From: Candidatus Thalassarchaeaceae archaeon | Lineage (GTDB): Archaea > Thermoplasmatota > Poseidoniia > Poseidoniales > Thalassarchaeaceae | Assembly: GCA_943841885.1 (NCBI GenBank) | Contig: CALSZZ010000004.1 | Span: forward strand, 67,973-131,972 | DNA: 64,000 bases | Reading direction: 5' to 3' | Shown here: piece after piece, positions 9,319-18,573 of the stretch | How positions within the stretch are numbered: the first letter of the stretch is position 1 | Layout: every line of letters begins with the position of its first letter | The notes under the pieces: model-generated | Database searches by the model: none | Seen by the model: the letters and a program-made list of their open reading frames with translations, nothing else | Told to the model about the DNA's origin: nothing | Position numbers and translations under genes: made by a program

Positions 9319-10497
9319 ATGGTTAGAACTTTAGTTATGACTGTCGATAGGGATAATGATTTAGGTGTAAAAGCAGGGATTAGAGGGCCTGTGATAGGCA
9401 GAAAAAGTGCTTTAAATGCTGTATTAAGATTAGGTATTGCAGATCCAGAAGAGTCGGATACAAACGCAATCTTGGGTGCATTACATCATCATGATAAAAT
9501 GGTAGAGAATGCAAAAGGAAATGATGAATTAGAAATTGCAATATTAACAGGAGATGTTAGGGTTGGCCCTAGAAGTGATAGAGCTATAGCAAGTCAACTT
9601 GAAGAGGTCATTAAAGAGTTTCAACCAGATTCAGCAGTACTTGTAACCGATGGTGCTGATGATGAAGCATCACTCCCGATTATAACCTCCAGAATAAGAG
9701 TGGACCATATCGAAAAAATAATTGTAAGACAGAATAGAGGTATTGAAAGCACTTATTACTACATAATAAAAGCGGTTGAAGATCCGAGATGGAGAGCTAG
9801 ATTACTTGTACCAGTTGCTATATTTTTGATGCTTCTAGGCCTTGGATTAATGCTTCCAAATGGAGGTGTTTTAATTGGTGCGATGCCTCTTATAATCGGC
9901 ATATGGGTACTAGCAAAAGGACTTGGCTGGGAACAACAATTAGATCGTTTACTGAATGATATGAGGGAAAGCGCTACAGGTGGTATATGGTCTTCTTTAC
10001 TGTGGGGCCTAGCAATTGTTTCTGTGCTTTTATCGGTTCTTACCGTTTGGCAAGTCCTTACTGGATCTACATCAGAATTAAATGAGTATGTTACTGAAAG
10101 TTATGTTACCATTAATGTATTTGATCTGGATGCAGTAAATAGAGATGTTGCGGTATGGGTTATTGCTCTTGATCAAGCACTAACCTGGATAGTTGTATCT
10201 ACTTTTTCCTTTGCATTATCTTTGGGTGTACTAAGATGGAAAGAAGGTACTTTTACAGGAAGAAGTTTACTATTATTTGGCCTTGGAGGAGTTATTTATA
10301 CTGTCTCGAGGGCCATAATAGAAGTACTATTAACTGAATTATCAGGTGATGATTATAGCCTAGCTTTTGGTGAAATTTCAGATACATGGTTTCTTCCAAT
10401 AATGGCTACTGTTCTTTATTATCTTCTAAGAACGGTAGTCCAATCTTTTGAAGAAAATGACGAAAATATAGTTGGAAATAGATTTTGGGGTGTATAA
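9319..10497 (+). CDS. DUF373-family archaeal membrane protein
   Basis: The N-terminus LVMTVDRDNDLGVKAGIRGPVIGRKSALNAVLRLGIADPEESDTNAILGAL matches my memory of DUF373. The C-terminal half has multiple TM helices. It starts 16 nt after priL. Confidence 0.6.
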   Translation: MVRTLVMTVDRDNDLGVKAGIRGPVIGRKSALNAVLRLGIADPEESDTNAILGALHHHDKMVENAKGNDELEIAILTGDVRVGPRSDRAIASQLEEVIKEFQPDSAVLVTDGADDEASLPIITSRIRVDHIEKIIVRQNRGIESTYYYIIKAVEDPRWRARLLVPVAIFLMLLGLGLMLPNGGVLIGAMPLIIGIWVLAKGLGWEQQLDRLLNDMRESATGGIWSSLLWGLAIVSVLLSVLTVWQVLTGSTSELNEYVTESYVTINVFDLDAVNRDVAVWVIALDQALTWIVVSTFSFALSLGVLRWKEGTFTGRSLLLFGLGGVIYTVSRAIIEVLLTELSGDDYSLAFGEISDTWFLPIMATVLYYLLRTVVQSFEENDENIVGNRFWGV

Positions 10498-10534
10498 ATA
10501 ATTAATGATTATTTATTTATTAATAATTATTAAA

Positions 10535-12184
10535 TTAACTTTGTTTTTCCTTTCTTCTAATATAGTCAGAATAATTCCCAGGCCAAACAAATAAGCTCCC
10601 ATCTCCTTTTAATTCCCAAATTGTGTCACATACTTGATCTAGAAAATATCGATCATGACTAACAGTTATTATCCCCCCATCATACCCGATGAGTGCTTCC
10701 TCTAGTGCTTCTTTTGCATCTGTATCTAAATGGTTAGTTGGTTCGTCAAGTAAAAGCATATTATTTTCCTCTAAAAGAAGGCAAAGTAATGCGACTCTGG
10801 CTCTTTCGCCACCACTTAATTTTGAAAGTTTTGTTTTCGCCATATCTGAAGTAAATTGAAACTGGCCTAGCATTGACCTGAGAGAAGCGTATTCCATCTT
10901 TGGTTTTAAAAATTGAATTTGTTCTATTGGTGTTAAATTGAAATCCAATAGCCTATGATCTTGATGAAAGTACCCAATTTGAACTCCGGGGCGAATATCG
11001 ATTTCTCCTGAATCTAGATTTAATTCTCCATTTATTATTCGTAACAATGTAGTTTTTCCTGCACCATTTGGACCAATTATTCCTATTTTCTGGCCTCTCC
11101 TAACGCCAATATCTAAGCCTCTAATTATTGGGCGTGATAAGCTTTCGAATGAAAGGTGTGCCTTTTTAAAATCTAATACCTCTAAACTACTTTTCTCTGT
11201 TGCTTTCATATTAAATCTCAATGGTTTTCTTAAGTTTGGTTTAATAGATTTTAACCACTTCAATTCACGTTGTGTTCGCAATATCATTACATGTTTTTGA
11301 GATACTGATTTATCATATTTATTTGAGCTTTTCATAGACTGCATGGCTCCTTTCAATCTTTTCAATTCCTTCTGAGTCTTTTCAATTCGATCATTTAAGG
11401 TTTGTAAAAAAAGTTCTTTTTGTTTAAGAAAAGAAGAATAGTTACCATTATACCCTCTTGTATGGGCGTCTTGTACCTCTATGATGTTATTACAAACCCT
11501 ATCTAAAAAGTATCTATCGTGACTTACGATTAAGAGGGCCCCTTTGAAGTTGATTAGAAAATTCTCTAACCAGTTTAAAGTCTGTAGATCTAAATGATTA
11601 GTAGGTTCGTCTAAGAAAAAAACATCGATTTCACTTAAACCCACAAGTTGTCTTGCAAGCGCGACTTTGGCTCGTTCTCCGCCTGATAATAAAGAAAGTT
11701 GTATATCTAGAGGATGGTGTGCTAAATCTAAGGCTTTCAAAATCTCTTGTGCATGTCCCGCAACGTCCCCTCCGCCTGAACGCGCCATGAGGCTTTGTAA
11801 TTCTTGGTATCTGTCCATATCAGGTTGCCAATTTCCATCATAGAAAGAAGGATTTGTCATTTTTTCTTCTAATTGAGAAATTTCATCTTCAATCTCTTGG
11901 AATTGACGACCACGTCTATTGAGTTCTTCGCCTAAAGTAGCATTTTCATCTAAATCTCTAATCTGTGTTAGAAATGCCAAACGGAGACCTGCTGCAAATG
12001 AAATATCACCTAGATCTTGATCCTGATTACTTATGGTACGTAATAATGTAGTTTTGCCTGCACCATTATGTCCAACAACCCCGATTCTATCACCTTCATC
12101 TATACGGAGGTTAACGGCTTCTAAAACTGTTAGAGGGCCAAATGCACGATGTACTTCTTCAAGTCTAATCAGTTCCCTTACCAT
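10535..12184 (-). CDS. ABC-F family ATPase (two fused ABC domains, no transmembrane domain)
   Basis: Two Walker A motifs (GHNGAGKTTLL, GPNGAGKTTLL), two signatures (LSGGERAKVALARQL, LSGGERARVALLCLL) and two Walker B motifs (FFLDEPTNHLD, LLLDEPTNHLD). A basic helical inter-domain linker (KELKRLKGAMQSMKSSNKYDKSVSQKHV...) is present. No permease gene is adjacent. Confidence 0.85.
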   Translation of the reverse strand: MVRELIRLEEVHRAFGPLTVLEAVNLRIDEGDRIGVVGHNGAGKTTLLRTISNQDQDLGDISFAAGLRLAFLTQIRDLDENATLGEELNRRGRQFQEIEDEISQLEEKMTNPSFYDGNWQPDMDRYQELQSLMARSGGGDVAGHAQEILKALDLAHHPLDIQLSLLSGGERAKVALARQLVGLSEIDVFFLDEPTNHLDLQTLNWLENFLINFKGALLIVSHDRYFLDRVCNNIIEVQDAHTRGYNGNYSSFLKQKELFLQTLNDRIEKTQKELKRLKGAMQSMKSSNKYDKSVSQKHVMILRTQRELKWLKSIKPNLRKPLRFNMKATEKSSLEVLDFKKAHLSFESLSRPIIRGLDIGVRRGQKIGIIGPNGAGKTTLLRIINGELNLDSGEIDIRPGVQIGYFHQDHRLLDFNLTPIEQIQFLKPKMEYASLRSMLGQFQFTSDMAKTKLSKLSGGERARVALLCLLLEENNMLLLDEPTNHLDTDAKEALEEALIGYDGGIITVSHDRYFLDQVCDTIWELKGDGSLFVWPGNYSDYIRRKEKQS

Positions 12185-12253
12185 GATTCGCTTCCGCGCA
12201 CATGTTTGATATAATACCAGTACAAATCAAAAGAGGTACCACGTACGGAGTTC

Positions 12254-12499
12254 ATGGAAAGTACAGAGGTCGAAATAGTCTGGAATGGGCCGAAGTGGCG
12301 CGCTGAACTATTACTTTCAGCGATTTCTCCTGATGATCCAGAGTCTTTTTCTTCTAAAATAATAGATTCAGATGGTTCTTCAGAATTAAAAATAAAAGTT
12401 ATTTCTAAAAATTTAAAATCTATTAGGTCAACAATTGATGATATTCTAGTTTGCTTGTCGGCTGCCAGCACAAGCCTAGATGTGATTGAAAAGAAATAA
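12254..12499 (+). CDS. pcc1: KEOPS complex subunit Pcc1
   Basis: 81 aa. LKIKVISKNLKSIRSTIDDILVCLSAASTSLDVIE parallels the archaeal Pcc1 C-terminal pattern (strand, then the ALR..N..LR helix). I prefer it to the overlapping low-complexity minus-strand ORF 12178-12504. Confidence 0.65.
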   Translation: MESTEVEIVWNGPKWRAELLLSAISPDDPESFSSKIIDSDGSSELKIKVISKNLKSIRSTIDDILVCLSAASTSLDVIEKK

Positions 12500-12508
12500 T
12501 ACATTATA

Positions 12509-13507
12509 TTGATTAATTATCGTATTATTCAAGATAGATGCTTGATACGGTATAACATGGAGGACATACCACACGATCGTTCACATCTTCTTTGGAAAGG
12601 AGATATTGAAAGTGGATTGGCGACATTATTATTCGAAAAATCAATGGATGGATGGATAAATGCGATGGTATTTGATGAACAAGGAGGAGGAGGAGGCCCT
12701 GATACTATATCTAAAGGGAAAGTAATATCTAAAGAAAAGGGTATTTTTTGTGGGAAACCAATAGTAAATAGATTAATAAAATTATATTTTTCTAAATGTA
12801 AAGTTACTTGGAATGTGACTGAGGGTAGTGAAATTAAAGATGGTCAAGTAATCTTAGAAATAATTGGAATATCAAAAGAAATTTTAAAAATTGAAAGGAT
12901 ACTATTGAATATTTTAGGAAATATGTCGGGAATTGCAACTAATACTAGGAAATGGGTTGAAAAGTTACCCAATATAAAAATCGCAGCGACACGTAAAACA
13001 GACTGGGGATTAATGGATAAATGGGCGGTCAATGTAGGAGGAGGATGTACTCATAGACTGAACAGGGGTGATGCTCTAATGATAAAAGAGAATGACTTTG
13101 CTGCTTCGGAAAAAAAGGGAGAGGTTTATTTAGATACAATTAGTAGAATTATTAGTGAAATAGATGATTTGAAAATGGGGAGTTTTATCATAGTTGAGGT
13201 ACAAAATCTAAACGAGGCCATGATTGTTGCTAAATCTTGGATTAAGAAAATAAATATTAGTAAAAAAATAAGTAAAATTGTATTATTACTAGATAATATT
13301 AGTATAGATATAGTTAAACAAATATCAAAAGCATTAATGAAAGAAAATCTTCGTAAATATTGTATTTTGGAAGCCTCGGGAGGCATTGATATTGATTCTT
13401 TAGATAATTGGGCTGAAACTGATATTGAAGTTATTTCATCAAGTAAATTAAACCGAGGAGTTCCTCCTCTTGATTTATCGATGTTGTTAGATATGGAGTT
13501 GGCGTAA
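12509..13507 (+). CDS. nadC: nicotinate-nucleotide pyrophosphorylase (quinolinate phosphoribosyltransferase)
   Basis: ERILLNILGNMSGIATNTRKWV, ATRKTDWGLMDKWAVNVGGGCTHRLNRGDALMIKEND and LEASGGI are present. The likely true start is ATG 12557 (MEDIPHD). Confidence 0.8.
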   Translation: MINYRIIQDRCLIRYNMEDIPHDRSHLLWKGDIESGLATLLFEKSMDGWINAMVFDEQGGGGGPDTISKGKVISKEKGIFCGKPIVNRLIKLYFSKCKVTWNVTEGSEIKDGQVILEIIGISKEILKIERILLNILGNMSGIATNTRKWVEKLPNIKIAATRKTDWGLMDKWAVNVGGGCTHRLNRGDALMIKENDFAASEKKGEVYLDTISRIISEIDDLKMGSFIIVEVQNLNEAMIVAKSWIKKINISKKISKIVLLLDNISIDIVKQISKALMKENLRKYCILEASGGIDIDSLDNWAETDIEVISSSKLNRGVPPLDLSMLLDMELA

Positions 13508-14292
13508 TGTCAGATATACCAAAAAGTCATCCTAGATATAATTCATTAATTTCACGAAATAAATTAGTCGAGGCTGCAGAAGAAGGTTTGCTGGCAAAAT
13601 CTGCAATGATTGCGCATGGAAGAGGTGAGGCTTTCGATTACCTTCTTGGTGAAAAAACCTCTTTATCTGCTGTAAAGGCAATAAAGGAAGTATCTAATAG
13701 GTTAAAAAAGGCAAAAAGACCTGTTATATCCGTGAATGGTAATACAGCTATTTTAGCAGGAAAGGATTTGATAAGGATTGCAGGAGTACTATCATGCCCT
13801 ATTGAAATTAACATATACTATAGAACTGAAATAAGGATTTCAAAGTTATTACAGTTAATGAGGAGGTATAAATATGATATTTCTAGAGAAGAGGGGCCAG
13901 AAAATTGGGAAGGCGACTGGTCAAAAAATATTGAAAATGTGAAGATATTAGGCGATGAATGTCAGGGTAAAATTATTGGACTAGATGGCCCTAGATCAAT
14001 GTGTTCTGTGGAAGGAATTGAGAAGGCAGACGCAGTATTAGTTCCTCTGGAAGATGGAGATAGATGTGAAGCCCTTATTGCACTTGGAAAAGAAGTTTTA
14101 GTTATTGATTTGAATCCTCTTTCGAGAAGCGCAAGGAATGCTACAGTAACTGTTGTAGATGAGGTTTCAAGAGCTTCAAAATTATTATTAAGAGAGGTAT
14201 TATCTAATGAAAACAATGAAGTTGTTTGGGATAATGATATCGTTTTAATCGATGCTTTGAACATAATATCGGACTCTGCTAGTCAGATTTGA
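13507..14292 (+). CDS. 4-phosphopantoate--beta-alanine ligase (archaeal phosphopantothenate synthetase)
   Basis: HPRYNSLISRNKLVEAAEEGLLAKSAMIAHGRGEAFDYLLGEKT is the signature of the archaeal CoA-pathway PPS (COG1701). The start overlaps the nadC stop as TAATG. Confidence 0.75.
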   Translation: MSDIPKSHPRYNSLISRNKLVEAAEEGLLAKSAMIAHGRGEAFDYLLGEKTSLSAVKAIKEVSNRLKKAKRPVISVNGNTAILAGKDLIRIAGVLSCPIEINIYYRTEIRISKLLQLMRRYKYDISREEGPENWEGDWSKNIENVKILGDECQGKIIGLDGPRSMCSVEGIEKADAVLVPLEDGDRCEALIALGKEVLVIDLNPLSRSARNATVTVVDEVSRASKLLLREVLSNENNEVVWDNDIVLIDALNIISDSASQI

Positions 14293-14295
14293 ACA

Positions 14296-14769
14296 TCATT
14301 CTCTATGATATGAACTACCTCTAATTATCTCAGTGGCTCTATATAATTGTTCCAATAATATACATGATGCCATTTCATGAATAAATGTCATTCTTGAAAG
14401 TGATATTACTTTAACCGCTTTATTTTTTAATAAATCACTGAAACCGTCGGCAGGCCCTATGGCAAAATTTACCATTTCATTGCTTAGAGATATTTTTGAA
14501 ATAAAATCAGAAAATTGCTTACTTGTTTTTTGAATTCCATTTTCATCTAAAATAATTAAATTTCCTTTGAGACTAATAAGATTTTTTTCATAATAATGAT
14601 TATTTTTTTTATCAGAATGAATTTTTATTGTTATGCCTCGAGAAACTAATCGATTAGAGTATTCAGAAATCATTGATGCTAAATTATTATCCTTAGGCTT
14701 ACCATAAATATGAACAATCATCCTTCCCATAAATAAATCCAAAAGCAAGTATGTATTAGGATTTTGCAA
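14296..14769 (-). CDS. rlmH: 23S rRNA (pseudouridine-N3)-methyltransferase RlmH (SPOUT family)
   Basis: LIILDENGIQKTSKQFSDFI, FAIGPADGFSD and SLSRMTFIHEMASCILLEQLYRATEIIRGSSYH match RlmH. The probable start is the internal MIVHIYGK at about 14721. Confidence 0.8.
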   Translation of the reverse strand: MQNPNTYLLLDLFMGRMIVHIYGKPKDNNLASMISEYSNRLVSRGITIKIHSDKKNNHYYEKNLISLKGNLIILDENGIQKTSKQFSDFISKISLSNEMVNFAIGPADGFSDLLKNKAVKVISLSRMTFIHEMASCILLEQLYRATEIIRGSSYHRE

Positions 14770-14804
14770 AGCATCAAGACCGTGCGCTGTTACGATAGTT
14801 CATT

Positions 14805-15128
14805 ATGAGTCGATGGCGCCGTCGGCGCAAGCCAAAACCTCACGTAGAAGAACCTCATCTACGGGGAGCTAGAATGTGGATACAGGATTTAAGAGAGATT
14901 TGTGAAAAATCATTCAATAACTATACAGAAGGTCAAATTAAAGTTCGAGAAATGCAAGTAGAATGGATTGTTGCTCACAAAGAAGGTGAAGTTTCAGACT
15001 CTTTACTAGAAGGTTTGGATAGGAGGGCTTTTAGACTCTTACAGGCTAATTCAGAAGAATGGTTAGAATGGTTAGATAATGATAAGTTTTGGAGTCCAGG
15101 TTGGAAGGGAGATGTGATTGAAGAATGA
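14805..15128 (+). CDS. hypothetical small protein with an Arg-rich N-terminus
   Basis: 107-aa ORF (MSRWRRRRKPKPH...), acidic and Trp-rich afterwards. Its stop overlaps the next start (ATGA). I recognise no family. Confidence 0.5.
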   Translation: MSRWRRRRKPKPHVEEPHLRGARMWIQDLREICEKSFNNYTEGQIKVREMQVEWIVAHKEGEVSDSLLEGLDRRAFRLLQANSEEWLEWLDNDKFWSPGWKGDVIEE

Positions 15129-15832
15129 TTTCCCTCAGCTTTTGGATAATTTTTTATTTTTTAATTGGAGGGGTAATTCTTTATTACAGTAAATTTCAGC
15201 CATTTCCTGAAATTGGTGGAAGGTACAGTTTTTTGATTTTATTTTTGGGAATTATCTATGCTATTGCAAGTACGGCGCCTAGAGACACAATAGAAGAATT
15301 CCCTGCTTTGGTATCTGTGTTTGTTGGCTCTTTTGGAGTTATTTTCGGAGTTAGGCATATGGTGGTCACCAAACAAGATGTTATTTTGGCTCCTTTTGCA
15401 GGTATTTTATTGTGCATAGGTACAATTGATCTATTTACTGTTGATTGGGTCAATTCAACAATGAATGAACAAATAATGTCTTTCATAATTGCTTCTATTA
15501 TTGTAATGTTAGAGATCTATCTGGCATTTAGGGGTTTAGTAGTGGGTGTTCCCGGAATATCATGGTCTAAATCTGGCCTGAGGCAAATTAAAAGAGGTTT
15601 AATTTATGGGAAAAATGGTGCAATAGAACACTTCAACAAATCTTGGGACATGAATGATCCATGGCTCAATACAATGAGTCATGCTGCTCTATTATTGATA
15701 TATGAAAAAATTGGAAATGAAAAAAAGACTGAAGAACACCTATTAGGATTAGAAAAAGAAGGAGGTTGGGAGGCATTAGACGAATCTTGGACAGAGGTAA
15801 TAAAAAATTCATTAAAAGAAATTTCTGTGTGA
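15125..15832 (+). CDS. hypothetical integral membrane protein
   Basis: 235 aa with about five hydrophobic helices, then a soluble helical tail. It is translationally coupled to the upstream 107-aa ORF. Confidence 0.55.
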   Translation: MISLSFWIIFYFLIGGVILYYSKFQPFPEIGGRYSFLILFLGIIYAIASTAPRDTIEEFPALVSVFVGSFGVIFGVRHMVVTKQDVILAPFAGILLCIGTIDLFTVDWVNSTMNEQIMSFIIASIIVMLEIYLAFRGLVVGVPGISWSKSGLRQIKRGLIYGKNGAIEHFNKSWDMNDPWLNTMSHAALLLIYEKIGNEKKTEEHLLGLEKEGGWEALDESWTEVIKNSLKEISV

Positions 15833-15878
15833 TTTTAATACCAACTATTCAAAATATTAGTAGCCCTCCCGGTGGTCT

Positions 15879-16493
15879 ATGGTTCGTATTACAAAAGTTC
15901 ATACTGGCGGTGGCGATAAAGGAGAAACTTCACTTTTAGATGGATCTAGAGTAGGTAAAGGGAACCCAAGAGTGGAGATGTATGGTACGATTGATGAATT
16001 AAACTCCCAACTAGGAATGGTTAGAATGGAGCTTAAAAGATTTGATGACTTACCTAATGAAAATAAAATTTCTATTGATGTTGTTTTGGGGCGGGTTCAA
16101 CAAGAATTGTTTGATATAGGAGGAGAATGTGCATGTACTCCTGGAAAACTTCCTTCGATGATGGTACTCATAGGAGAAAAGGAAGGAGATAGATTAGTTG
16201 AAGAGATGGATTCATGGTTAGAAGATGTAGAACCACTTGAATCATTTATCATGCCAACCGGCTCTGCGCCGGTAGCAAGTTTACACGTTTCAAGAACGGT
16301 TACTAGGCGAGCTGAAAGAATTGCATGTTTAATGTTAGAAAATGAAGGAGAAGGCTCGGTTAGAATTGAAATAATTTCTTATTTAAATCGCCTATCTGAT
16401 TGGATGTTTGTGATGGGACGATGGATAAGTGCAAAAAGTGAGCAAGAAGAGGTTTTATGGACTCCTCTTGGTTTAAGAGCAAAAAGTGACTAA
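15879..16493 (+). CDS. pduO: ATP:cob(I)alamin adenosyltransferase, PduO/MMAB type
   Basis: ITKVHTGGGDKGETSLLDGSRVGKGNPRVEMYGTIDELNSQLG is the canonical PduO-type N-terminal motif. Confidence 0.85.
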   Translation: MVRITKVHTGGGDKGETSLLDGSRVGKGNPRVEMYGTIDELNSQLGMVRMELKRFDDLPNENKISIDVVLGRVQQELFDIGGECACTPGKLPSMMVLIGEKEGDRLVEEMDSWLEDVEPLESFIMPTGSAPVASLHVSRTVTRRAERIACLMLENEGEGSVRIEIISYLNRLSDWMFVMGRWISAKSEQEEVLWTPLGLRAKSD

Positions 16494-16903
16494 ATCTTAA
16501 GTCCATGTTTTGTTCTGTATTCACGTAAAGAAATGATTATTTCTTTTTCTTGGCTAAAGGTCAATTGTTTTTCTGTATCATCGAAGCTTAACCACAAATA
16601 GTTGACATGTTCATTAGATAGTTTAACATCCAATTCTTCTGTTTCAGCCAAATACCAGAATACCTGCTTAGATATTTCTTTTCCTTTACGGGTAAAAGTA
16701 TATTCTGTATGCGCATTCCAATCATCGTGAATGAATACTTGTTCTATACCAGTTTCTTCAGATAATTCTCTCATAGCAGTTTCATGGTGGTTTTTATCTT
16801 GTTCTTCAATATGACCTTTTGGAAAACTCCAATGACCTTGTGGATATTGAAGGAGAAGGATACTGTCGTAATTAACCAAAATAAAGCCACAAGATGTTTC
16901 CAT
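16490..16903 (-). CDS. NUDIX hydrolase (Ap4A-hydrolase-like)
   Basis: Nudix box GHWSFPKGHIEEQDKNHHETAMRELSEETGI. Confidence 0.8.
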   Translation of the reverse strand: METSCGFILVNYDSILLLQYPQGHWSFPKGHIEEQDKNHHETAMRELSEETGIEQVFIHDDWNAHTEYTFTRKGKEISKQVFWYLAETEELDVKLSNEHVNYLWLSFDDTEKQLTFSQEKEIIISLREYRTKHGLKI

Positions 16904-17020
16904 ATTGATGCGTAGTGGTGTTTGCCTATCGTAATTTCCTCTTAATGCTAAAAAATATAAATATTATTTGTTATTCGTCATAAAAAGATATTACAAATTA
17001 TGTGGGTAATGGTGAATTAA

Positions 17021-18004
17021 TTGTATGATAAAATATTTTCATTAAATATAAGGCGTATAGTTACCGATACAGACCTTGATGGAGTGGTTACTGGAGCTAT
17101 ACTGAAGAGATACTGGAAAGATGCAGATGTAATTTTTACACAGCCTGGTCAGTTACGTTCTGGGATGTTGGATAACATAATAGATGGGTTTACTGCAATA
17201 TGTGATTTACCGTATCGTCCTAAATGTGGACTGAATATTGATCATCATCTGTCTAATAAACCAAAAAATAATTTAGATGTTGGAGGAATGATCATGTGGG
17301 AAGATTCTTTATCAGCAGCTAGAATAGCATACAATATTTTCTCAAATAAAATAGATCTTAGCGATTTAGATGATTTACTAACATGGGTTGATAAACTTGA
17401 TAGCGGTAATATAAGTAAAGAAGAATATCTATCAGAAAATAATGTATTGTGGTTAGGGAGAATAATTGGTGATGACCCAAAAATTGCAGCCCATGTGTTA
17501 GAATCATTAAAACAAAAGAAATCAATAAGTACTATTATTGAGGATTATGATATTATAAATCACTTGTATAAAAAAAGGGAAGAGCAAGTAAAAATTAAAA
17601 AAATAATCATAGAAAAAATGAGAATAATTAATAGATTAGCAATTGTAAATTTTGAAGGGTCTGGGATACGGTCGAATGGATATAGCGTCACAGCAATGGC
17701 TGGTAACGCATGCGATGCATGTATAATTATTCATGGAGACGTGGGAGTATCGTTTGAAGACCATCCAAAGTACCCAGTTTCAGCTTCCTTCTACACCAAT
17801 TCATTTTTACATAAACAAGGAGGCATCTATGATTTAACAAAGTTGGCAACAAGATTTGATTTGGAAGGAGGAGGTCATGCTAATGCTTGTGGGTGTAGAA
17901 TAAAGGCAATTAAGAACGGTAAAGCAAATGATAGTAATGTACAATTAGATGATATTGAAAAGAATATAGAAGAATGGATACGTATGTGGAGTGAGTCAAT
18001 TTAA
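17021..18004 (+). CDS. DHH/DHHA1-family phosphoesterase (NrnA-like)
   Basis: Motifs TDTDLDGVV, NIDHHLSN and EGGGHANACG are present. The 327-aa length fits nanoRNase/pAp-phosphatase-type proteins rather than RecJ/GAN. The track uses a non-ATG start. Confidence 0.7.
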   Translation: MYDKIFSLNIRRIVTDTDLDGVVTGAILKRYWKDADVIFTQPGQLRSGMLDNIIDGFTAICDLPYRPKCGLNIDHHLSNKPKNNLDVGGMIMWEDSLSAARIAYNIFSNKIDLSDLDDLLTWVDKLDSGNISKEEYLSENNVLWLGRIIGDDPKIAAHVLESLKQKKSISTIIEDYDIINHLYKKREEQVKIKKIIIEKMRIINRLAIVNFEGSGIRSNGYSVTAMAGNACDACIIIHGDVGVSFEDHPKYPVSASFYTNSFLHKQGGIYDLTKLATRFDLEGGGHANACGCRIKAIKNGKANDSNVQLDDIEKNIEEWIRMWSESI

Positions 18005-18573
18005 ATGATTTGAAGAAGGTATAGAAACCCTAAAAATGCATGAATAATTATTAGTATGGACATTACATCACTTAGTCTTCCATGTAAATCTCTAGTCTTT
18101 GAAAAAGAATCAAGTTTTCTTTTATTGTTTGAAGAATGTCCTAATTTCCAAAGAATTATCATTAATAATAAACCTAATAATCCTCCTGAAGCATGAAAGT
18201 TATTTGGTATTACATATGTAAAAATTTCAACCTTGTCGAACCACGCTCGAGTAATTTCTGCAATAACTGCTAATAGAATGATAAAAATTGTTCCAAGCAT
18301 CAGTCTATCTCCATTTAATCTATGTTTTTCAAAGGAAGATTGGTACTTTTGATCTTTTAAAAAATTTTTATCTTGTCTCCATTTTCGTTGTTTCATGAAT
18401 GTCCAAATCAATATTAAAGCAGCTATCGGATGAAGAAGAATAATAACACCCAACATGAAGTTCATGTTACTCGATGAGGGACATATGACTTGAGGTCTCT
18501 GTTGAAATAAATTGTGTGTATGTGCGATGTATTGATGTACGATTGATAGAGGGCGATAGTTAGTTGGCATCAT
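18001..18573 (-). CDS. four-helix membrane protein with a conserved His in the helices (DUF4079 / cytochrome b561-like?)
   Basis: Helices are VIILLHPIAALILIWTF, LMLGTIFIILLAVIAEI, FHASGGLLGLLLMIILW and LHGRLSDVMSILIIIHAFLGFLYLL. The probable start is the internal MNFMLG at about 18465. The family guess is weak. Confidence 0.5.
   Translation of the reverse strand: MMPTNYRPLSIVHQYIAHTHNLFQQRPQVICPSSSNMNFMLGVIILLHPIAALILIWTFMKQRKWRQDKNFLKDQKYQSSFEKHRLNGDRLMLGTIFIILLAVIAEITRAWFDKVEIFTYVIPNNFHASGGLLGLLLMIILWKLGHSSNNKRKLDSFSKTRDLHGRLSDVMSILIIIHAFLGFLYLLQII

Noticed and set aside
12178-12504. 108-aa minus-strand ORF overlapping the Pcc1 call
   Set aside because: The sequence is low-complexity (S/I/F-rich) and overlaps the ABC-F start. 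The plus-strand frame gives a convincing Pcc1-like protein at the head of a co-directional gene run with nadC and the phosphopantothenate synthetase gene (those two overlap as TAATG).
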